In this document: positions 57,682 to 64,000 of the stretch, piece by piece
Layout: each line of letters begins with the position of its first letter
How positions within the stretch are numbered: position 1 is the stretch's first letter
NCBI GenBank assembly: GCA_965215185.1
Contig: OZ244034.1
Location: forward strand, 1-64,000
Source of the DNA: Acidimicrobiia bacterium
GTDB taxonomy: Bacteria > Actinomycetota > Acidimicrobiia > Spongiisociales > ZC4RG35
Direction of reading: 5' to 3'
DNA: 64,000 nt
Notes under the pieces: model-generated
Told to the model about the DNA's origin: nothing
Database searches by the model: none
What the model saw: the letters and a program-made list of their open reading frames with translations, nothing else
Translations under genes and position numbers: made by a program

Positions 57682-59415
57682 ATGAGCGGACCAAGGCCTT
57701 GGCCCGGAGTACCGGATATGACTGTGGAGCGGGATGTTCCCGCCCGGATGAGAGACGGAACCGTCCTCTATGCCGACATCTATCGCCCGGTTACCGATGC
57801 CTTGTTACCGGTACTTTTGATGCGCTCCCCCTATGACAAGCGCAACGCCACCATGCCCTTCGGTCATGCCCACCCGATCTGGTACGCCTCTCAGGGGTAC
57901 GTGGTGGTGATCCAGGACTGCCGGGGTCGGGCAGCCTCGGAAGGCGAGTTCTATCCGTATCTGCATGAAAGCGCCGACGGCTGGGACACTGTGGAATGGG
58001 CGGCGCGGCTTCCGGGATCCGATGGTCGGGTGGGGATGTGGGGATTCTCCTATGTGGGCGCCACCCAGTTGCTGGCAGCCGTCGAACGCCCTCCCAGTCT
58101 GGCTGCCATCGCTCCCGCCTTCACCGCTTCCCAGTATTACGAGGGGTGGACGTACAACGGCGGTGCCCTTTCGCTGGCATTCGTTCTCTATTGGGCGAAT
58201 CTGCTGGCTCTCGACACCGCCCACCGCGCCGGGGACCGCGCCGCCTTCGAGTCCTTGGGAGCCTCTCTGGCGGAGGCGCCCGGCTGGTTTTGGTCCCTTC
58301 CCCTCAAGGACTATCCACCGTTGTCCGACGGATACGCTCCCTGGTTCTACGACTGGCTGGAGCACTGCACATATGACGACTACTGGAAACGGTGGTCCAT
58401 CGATGAGGATTACAGCCGGATCACTGTCCCCGCCTTGCATGTGGGAGGCTGGTATGACGTCTTCGTCTCCGGTACGGTGCGCAACTTCTCGGGTCTGCGC
58501 AACCAGGCGGGTACGCAGTCCTCCCGCCAGGGACAGAAACTGCTGCTCGGCCCCTGGACGCACATGCCGTGGAGCCCGCAGGGCTCCGCCGAGGGCCGCC
58601 CTCCCGACACGATCGGAATCGATGACTGGCATGTCCGGTGGTTCGACCAGATGATCAAAGGAAAGGACACCGGAGTGTTGGACAGTCCGGTCACGGTCCA
58701 CCTGTACGACGGAGGATGGAGACACTACGACGACTGGCCTCCCGCGGGAGTGGAGCATCAAGAATGGTTTATTCACTCCGGTGGGAGGGCCAACTCCAAA
58801 TTCGGAGATGGAGCGCTGAGCAGAAAAGGACCCGCAGAAGAGCCCCCCGATCTCTTTGTTTACGATCCAGCTCTTCCTTCTCCCAGCCAGGGTGGGCATT
58901 CCTGCTGTTTCGACACCATCACCCCGATGGGCCCGGCCGACCAGCATGCCCTGGAAACTTCCCGAATGGTGCTGGTTTACACCTCGGAGCCGCTTCGGGG
59001 GGATATGACATTGGTGGGGGATGTGACCGTAACCCTGTGGGCGGCCACCACCGCCGCCGATACCGACTGGACGGCGAGACTCTGTGTGGTGGATCCCGCT
59101 GGAGTCTCCACCAACCTCCAGGAGGGAATCATCCGAGCCCGATACCGTGAGTCGCTGTCAGATCCCACCCCGATCCAACCGGATCAGGTCTACAAATACA
59201 CCATTGATATGGGACCGGTGGGGGCCTTGATAGAGGCCGGACACCGACTGCGTCTGGTGCTCGGGAGCTCGGATTTTCCCCAGTGGGACCGCAACATGAA
59301 CACCGGCGGACCGCTCTTCACCGAGCCCTCCACGGCCGGGATGCCCGCCACTCAGACGGTCCTTCACAATATTTCGTATCCAACCCGAATCACTCTCCCC
59401 TTCCTGGAAGGATAA
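57682..59415 (+). CDS. CocE/NonD family hydrolase
   Basis: MRDGT.LYADIYRP, QDCRGR.ASEG, GFSYVG nucleophile elbow, GGWYD and GPWTH; SD AAGGAG. Confidence 0.93.
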   Translation: MSGPRPWPGVPDMTVERDVPARMRDGTVLYADIYRPVTDALLPVLLMRSPYDKRNATMPFGHAHPIWYASQGYVVVIQDCRGRAASEGEFYPYLHESADGWDTVEWAARLPGSDGRVGMWGFSYVGATQLLAAVERPPSLAAIAPAFTASQYYEGWTYNGGALSLAFVLYWANLLALDTAHRAGDRAAFESLGASLAEAPGWFWSLPLKDYPPLSDGYAPWFYDWLEHCTYDDYWKRWSIDEDYSRITVPALHVGGWYDVFVSGTVRNFSGLRNQAGTQSSRQGQKLLLGPWTHMPWSPQGSAEGRPPDTIGIDDWHVRWFDQMIKGKDTGVLDSPVTVHLYDGGWRHYDDWPPAGVEHQEWFIHSGGRANSKFGDGALSRKGPAEEPPDLFVYDPALPSPSQGGHSCCFDTITPMGPADQHALETSRMVLVYTSEPLRGDMTLVGDVTVTLWAATTAADTDWTARLCVVDPAGVSTNLQEGIIRARYRESLSDPTPIQPDQVYKYTIDMGPVGALIEAGHRLRLVLGSSDFPQWDRNMNTGGPLFTEPSTAGMPATQTVLHNISYPTRITLPFLEG

Positions 59416-59416
59416 G

Positions 59417-60259
59417 ATGGCCCGCAGTATCAACCCCGAACCCGCCTCGGCACAAGCAAAGCCTCCTTCGGCGGTGGCGCGCTTTACAGGAAAGAACGTG
59501 TTGGTCACCGGAGCAGGCAGCGGCTTCGGGCGTCGGACCGCCGAGCGTTTTGCCTCCGAAGGGGCGGCCAATCTGTATCTGGTGGATCGCCGACCTGAAC
59601 GTTTGCAAGAGGTGGCCGGGGTAATCAGAGAACTGGGCGCCAATCCGGTTCCCATCTGTGTGGATCTGGGAGTCACCAAAGACTGCGAGTCGGCGATCGA
59701 CCAGGCGTTGGCAGTCGACCCGCGCCTCGATGTGCTGATTTCCAACGCGGCAGCCTGGGTGCAGAGACCCTTCATAGAGATGACCCACGATGACTGGCGG
59801 CGGGTGATGTCGGTGAACCTCGACGCCTATTTCACCCTCTCTCAGCGAGCCGCCCAGGCTATGAAGAACACCGGTGGCGGGGTGATCCTTTTCACCTCCT
59901 CCATCAGCGCTCTCGGCCACGGGAGAAATTTCACCGCATACTGTGTGGGCAAGGCGGCGATCGTTTCCTTGGCCAAGGCGATTGCCGTGGAGTTGGCCCC
60001 CTGGAAGATCCGGGCCAACTGCGTGAGTCCCGGGCCGGCGGACACCCAGCAGTCGGTGGACATTGCGGGGGAGGACTTGATGAACAAATGGCGGGCGGAG
60101 GGATTCCCGGTGGTGCCCATGAACCGGCTGGCCGCCACCGATGACATCGCCTCGGCCTTCTTGTATCTCGCTTCCGATGATGCCCGCTACGTGAGCGGGA
60201 TCAATCTGGTGGTGGACGGCGCCTACACCGCCCAGGTGTACGACTTGCCCAAGAGCTAG
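59417..60259 (+). CDS. Short-chain dehydrogenase/reductase
   Basis: TGAGSGFG, YCVGK (YxxxK) and IRANCVSPG. Confidence 0.92.
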   Translation: MARSINPEPASAQAKPPSAVARFTGKNVLVTGAGSGFGRRTAERFASEGAANLYLVDRRPERLQEVAGVIRELGANPVPICVDLGVTKDCESAIDQALAVDPRLDVLISNAAAWVQRPFIEMTHDDWRRVMSVNLDAYFTLSQRAAQAMKNTGGGVILFTSSISALGHGRNFTAYCVGKAAIVSLAKAIAVELAPWKIRANCVSPGPADTQQSVDIAGEDLMNKWRAEGFPVVPMNRLAATDDIASAFLYLASDDARYVSGINLVVDGAYTAQVYDLPKS

Positions 60260-60278
60260 GGGGTCCTGCGAAAGAAGG

Positions 60279-61451
60279 TCAACCGGCCAGGAGGACGGCG
60301 GTTTCGGCGATGATCTCGGCTGCCAGAGCGGTGTCTTCTATCTCTACCCACTCTTCGTCGGAGTGGGCCTGATCTATGGAACCGGGCCCGAAAATGACAC
60401 TCGGTATACCTGCGGGGGCGAACCAGGCGCCGTCAGTGCCGTAGGGAACGCCGATCGGTTCGCCAGGCGCGCCCAGGATGGACTGGCGGGCGGTTTGCAG
60501 AACCTTCACCAAGGGGTGGTCGACGGGGGTGTCCAGGGGTTTCATGTCCAAAGAGTTGGGGCGCAGGCGCGTCTCGATTCCGCTCTCGGCCAGAGTGGCT
60601 AAGAGATCTTCGATGTCTGCCAGGATTTCTTTGGAGTCTTCCCCGGGGTTGACGCGCCGGTCCATGCTGATCACGCATTGCGCCGGGACGATGTTGAGCG
60701 CCGTTCCCCCCCGGATCAAAGAGGTGTTGATGGTCGGATTTCCCACCAGCGGATGGTTGATCTCGGCCAGGGTGGGGATATAGCGGTTTTCCAGGGCATC
60801 AAGCACCCGGGACATGTGGTGAATGGCGTTCACTCCCAGGTGGGGCTTGGAGGAGTGAGCGGGAGAGCCCACGGTCTCGATCTCGAAACGAAGCACCCCC
60901 TTGTGGGCGGTGGCCAACTCGAGGCCGGTGGGTTCCCCCACGATGGCCATGTCGATGTCGGAGCGTGCCTCGCAGAGTGCTATTGCTCCGGTGCCGGCAA
61001 CCTCTTCGTCGATGCCTCCCACGAACAGGATCGAAGGGCGCTGCATGGGATCCAGGTCCCACACCATATGCAGCGCCTCAACCATCGCCACCAGGGAGCC
61101 CTTGGTGTCGCAGGCCCCCCGTCCATGCACTCGGGTTCCTTCCACCACCGCCTTGGGCCAGGCTTTGCCGGAGGGAGTGACCGTGTCAAGGTGGGCTTGC
61201 CACATCACCAGCGGCTTGGCGTCGGCGCCCTTCAGGCTAACCAGGATGTTGTCTCGACCCCCGGGATGAACCGGCTGGCGGGTAGGGTTCATTCCGGCCG
61301 CTTCGAGGTAGTCGAAGAGGGCGGTGGCCAACTCGGTTTCACCCGGTCCTCCATCAAGGGCGGGGTTCACAGAGTGGATGCTCACGAACTGCTCGAGTAG
61401 GGAGCGGATGCGGTTGCGGTCGGCGGTGCCTAGAAATCTGGACATGGCCAT
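60279..61451 (-). CDS. M20 metallopeptidase (ArgE/DapE-like)
   Basis: AHLDTV, GRGACDTKG, DEE, GEPT and GPGSIDQAH. Confidence 0.92.
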   Translation of the reverse strand: MAMSRFLGTADRNRIRSLLEQFVSIHSVNPALDGGPGETELATALFDYLEAAGMNPTRQPVHPGGRDNILVSLKGADAKPLVMWQAHLDTVTPSGKAWPKAVVEGTRVHGRGACDTKGSLVAMVEALHMVWDLDPMQRPSILFVGGIDEEVAGTGAIALCEARSDIDMAIVGEPTGLELATAHKGVLRFEIETVGSPAHSSKPHLGVNAIHHMSRVLDALENRYIPTLAEINHPLVGNPTINTSLIRGGTALNIVPAQCVISMDRRVNPGEDSKEILADIEDLLATLAESGIETRLRPNSLDMKPLDTPVDHPLVKVLQTARQSILGAPGEPIGVPYGTDGAWFAPAGIPSVIFGPGSIDQAHSDEEWVEIEDTALAAEIIAETAVLLAG

Positions 61452-61519
61452 GATGCTACCGGAGCCAACATCCCCTGACTTCTCGCATATTTTTCGGAGA
61501 AGGGGTAGTTTTGCCTGGT

Positions 61520-62218
61520 ATGAGACTTCTGGTGGTAGAGGACGAGGTTGATCTGGCCCACGCCGTTGCACGGGGACTTAGGCGCAGTCGTTATGCGGTG
61601 GATGTGGCTCATACCCTGGAGGACGCCCTTCTCAGGTTGGTCTCTGCTGGATACGATCTGGTCGTTTTGGACTGGAACATGCCGGATGGGAAGGGAGTGG
61701 ATCTCTGCCGCCGCTTGGCGGACGGATCGATCCCGGCCTTTGAAGGGAAGGCGCCGCGGGTATTGATGCTCACCGCTCGAGATGGGGTGGAAGACCGGGT
61801 GACAGGCCTTGATGCGGGGGCGGATGACTATTTGGTGAAACCCTTCGCATTTGCGGAACTGCAGGCTCGAATCAGAGCCATACTGCGGCGGGACGAGGAA
61901 TCGAGCCCGATATTGGAGGTGGGGGATTTGCGACTGGACACGGCCCGTTTCGAGGTGTCCCGCGGCGGCATGCCCCTGCGATTGACAGCCAAGGAGTTTT
62001 CTCTGCTGGAGTACCTGATGACCAGGGCGGGGCAGGTGCTTTCCCAGGAGACTCTCCTGGAGCATGTCTGGGACGAGGCGGCTGACCCCTTCACCAATAC
62101 GGTGCGCATGACTCTCTCCAACCTGCGCAGAAAGCTGGGGGAACCGGCGGTCATCCACACCGTACCGGGGCGTGGATACGTGATAGCGGCGGATGCGCCT
62201 TCTACATTGGGATCATGA
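61520..62218 (+). CDS. OmpR/PhoB-family response regulator
   Basis: LLVVEDE, LDWNMP, GADDYLVKPF and a winged-helix tail TVPGRGY. Confidence 0.95.
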   Translation: MRLLVVEDEVDLAHAVARGLRRSRYAVDVAHTLEDALLRLVSAGYDLVVLDWNMPDGKGVDLCRRLADGSIPAFEGKAPRVLMLTARDGVEDRVTGLDAGADDYLVKPFAFAELQARIRAILRRDEESSPILEVGDLRLDTARFEVSRGGMPLRLTAKEFSLLEYLMTRAGQVLSQETLLEHVWDEAADPFTNTVRMTLSNLRRKLGEPAVIHTVPGRGYVIAADAPSTLGS

Positions 62219-63384
62219 AGCTGCCTTCCACTTTCTCATCCATCCGCTTCCGTTTGTCGGTGCTTTCCACGACGGTGGTATTTTTTCTGGGTTCGGCTGG
62301 GGTGCTCTCGATCTTCTTTGTGATTCGTCATGGTCTGCGCAACGAGCGGGTGATGGGTCTGGTGTTGACGCCCGGCCAAACGGTGGTTCGCGACGGCGTC
62401 CGCTACATAATCCCCCAACTGGAAATGAGACAGTTTCAGACCGTAGAGACGGTGTTGCGGGAACGGATACTGGAGGACATCACCGGCCTTATCCTGTCGT
62501 GGCTGTTGTGGATGTTTCTGGTCAGTTTGGTGATTGGTTGGTTCCTGGCTGGCCGAACCTTGAGGCCAATCAGCCGGATCGCCGAGGTGGCCGAGAACAT
62601 CCAAGCCCAAGATCTCACCCGGCGGATCAACCTTTCGGGACCCGATGACGAACTCACCCGTCTGGCGGGGACCTTCGACGCCATGCTCGATCGTTTGAGC
62701 GGGTCGTTCCGGCTGCAGCAGCAGTTCTTGGCCTCCACTTCTCATGATCTTCGCAACCCCTTGGCGGTGATCCGCTCCAATCTGGAAGTGAGTCTGGCCG
62801 ATCCCGACGCCACGGTGGATGACTGGAGGGAGACCGGAGAAGTGGTTTCCCGGGCGTCCCGCAAGATGTCGGAGATGATCGACCGCCTGCTGGAGGCGGC
62901 CCGTCTGGAGGTCGGTTTGGCCAAGATCTCCGATTTGGACCTATCTGATCTAGTGACCTCCACTGCTCAGGCGGTAGCGGCGTTGGCCGAGGAGAAGGGC
63001 CTTGGCATCGTCGTGGACACTCGCCCCACTCCGGTGTCGGGGGACGGTCTTGCCCTGGCCCGGATCCTCGAAAACCTGCTCGATAATGCCATTGCGGCTG
63101 CCCGGTCGGAGACCTGCATTGGGCTGGGTTGCGGGATGACAGACGGATGGGCATGGATGGCAGTGGCCGACCGGGGCCCGGGTCTCGATCCCAGCCTGAT
63201 CTCGGGAGACTCTCACGGGGGAGGGGGACTGGGGTTGGCCATCGCCCGCCATTTGACCGAGTCGCACGGAGGTAAGCTGGCCACATTCCGAAGAGTTGGA
63301 GGCGGAACAGTGATGGTGGTGTGGGTACCCTCTCGCAAGGGCGTCGGGAGCGAGTGCACTCCCGACGTTAACCCCTTAAACTGA
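62215..63384 (+). CDS. HAMP-HisKA-HATPase sensor histidine kinase
   Basis: Two TMs, HAMP (DELTRLA..F..ML.RL), SHDLRNPL, NLLDNA, DRGPG and GLGLAI. Confidence 0.92.
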   Translation: MKLPSTFSSIRFRLSVLSTTVVFFLGSAGVLSIFFVIRHGLRNERVMGLVLTPGQTVVRDGVRYIIPQLEMRQFQTVETVLRERILEDITGLILSWLLWMFLVSLVIGWFLAGRTLRPISRIAEVAENIQAQDLTRRINLSGPDDELTRLAGTFDAMLDRLSGSFRLQQQFLASTSHDLRNPLAVIRSNLEVSLADPDATVDDWRETGEVVSRASRKMSEMIDRLLEAARLEVGLAKISDLDLSDLVTSTAQAVAALAEEKGLGIVVDTRPTPVSGDGLALARILENLLDNAIAAARSETCIGLGCGMTDGWAWMAVADRGPGLDPSLISGDSHGGGGLGLAIARHLTESHGGKLATFRRVGGGTVMVVWVPSRKGVGSECTPDVNPLN

Positions 63385-63441
63385 TGACATGGGACGCCTT
63401 TATGCTGGATTTAGCCCCACTTTTACATAACGAATGCAGAC

Positions 63442-64000
63442 ATGACTGAAACCCCTTCCCCTGACCCATCGGCCCAGTCAGAGCATGCTCACCCTCTGGA
63501 CGACCTTCCGGGGGATGGGGCTGTCGACGATGGCCAGGTTGAGATGCGCGGCGAAGAGTTACCGGACGAATCTGTAAGTGAGATTGCTGGCGCCGGAGAC
63601 GCCGGTGACTCCGAGAAGGTTGATCCGTCCCTTCAGGCGACTTCTGAGAGCGAAGCAACCGACGAGGTCCCTAGTAGTTCGGAACTGTCCGATCTCTCCG
63701 AAGAGGTTTTTGTCTTTGTCACTTCGGCGACAGCCGGTTCTTCTCTGGCCTCCAAGGTAAGAAGCAGCTTTCGGGAAATGGGCTGGAAGATGATGGCCGC
63801 CGCTGGAGTTGTGTTACTGGTGGCGGGGTTCGCGGCAGGCGTCTTCTTTCCCGATCCTTCGAATGGAGAATCGGTCTCCACAGACGAGGTCGTGACGACC
63901 ACTGCTGCCACTATCCCCACTGCTGACTCCTCGACCACCACCTCCACGGCTGCGCCTTCCACTACGGCCGCCCCTTCACCCACCCCCTCCACCGTGACCA
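63442..64000 (+). CDS. 5' part of a membrane-anchored protein (acidic N-terminus, TM, Thr/Ser-rich linker); runs off the window
   Basis: Open frame from ATGACTGAA at 63442 to the window end, with TM MMAAAGVVLLVAGFAAGVFF. The layout is compatible with an HtrA-like protease, but no catalytic domain is visible. Confidence 0.65.
   Translation, partial: MTETPSPDPSAQSEHAHPLDDLPGDGAVDDGQVEMRGEELPDESVSEIAGAGDAGDSEKVDPSLQATSESEATDEVPSSSELSDLSEEVFVFVTSATAGSSLASKVRSSFREMGWKMMAAAGVVLLVAGFAAGVFFPDPSNGESVSTDEVVTTTAATIPTADSSTTTSTAAPSTTAAPSPTPSTVT

Overview
High-GC actinobacterial window. pafABC, LpdA, an F420/LLM oxidoreductase, actinobacterial-type RpoB/RpoC, and SLH/RCC1/FN3-rich surface proteins suggest Acidimicrobiia, possibly host-associated; this placement is an inference. 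Positions 1 to ~21.7 kb look like the right arm of a genomic island. It contains IS256, IS110 and integrase debris, an RCC1-repeat/SLH surface protein, a decayed XerC-like recombinase, and one giant (~4,860 aa) secreted modular protein split by two small indels. That protein carries PPC-like, FN3, cadherin-like, 22 Calx/Ig-like units (17 of them in a near-identical 1290-bp ABCD array), an RCC1 propeller and an HEXXH metallopeptidase domain. The arm ends with an intact P4-type integrase, phased repeats and a tmRNA-3'-like att core. The rest is mostly backbone: a DadA-like/Ldh2-like pair, a VOC protein, a three-subunit Co-type nitrile hydratase, rpoB (1-nt frameshift, probably an assembly error) and rpoC, polysaccharide genes, a class A PBP, methylmalonyl-CoA mutase large subunit, lpdA, pafA-pafB-pafC, a sulfite-oxidase-like enzyme, amidase, LLM oxidoreductase, Fur, MobA, two tandem MFS paralogues, a CocE hydrolase, SDR, M20 peptidase and an OmpR/HisKA pair. 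Several intergenic gaps are eroded duplicates of neighbouring genes. No CRISPR, rRNA or complete tRNA was seen.
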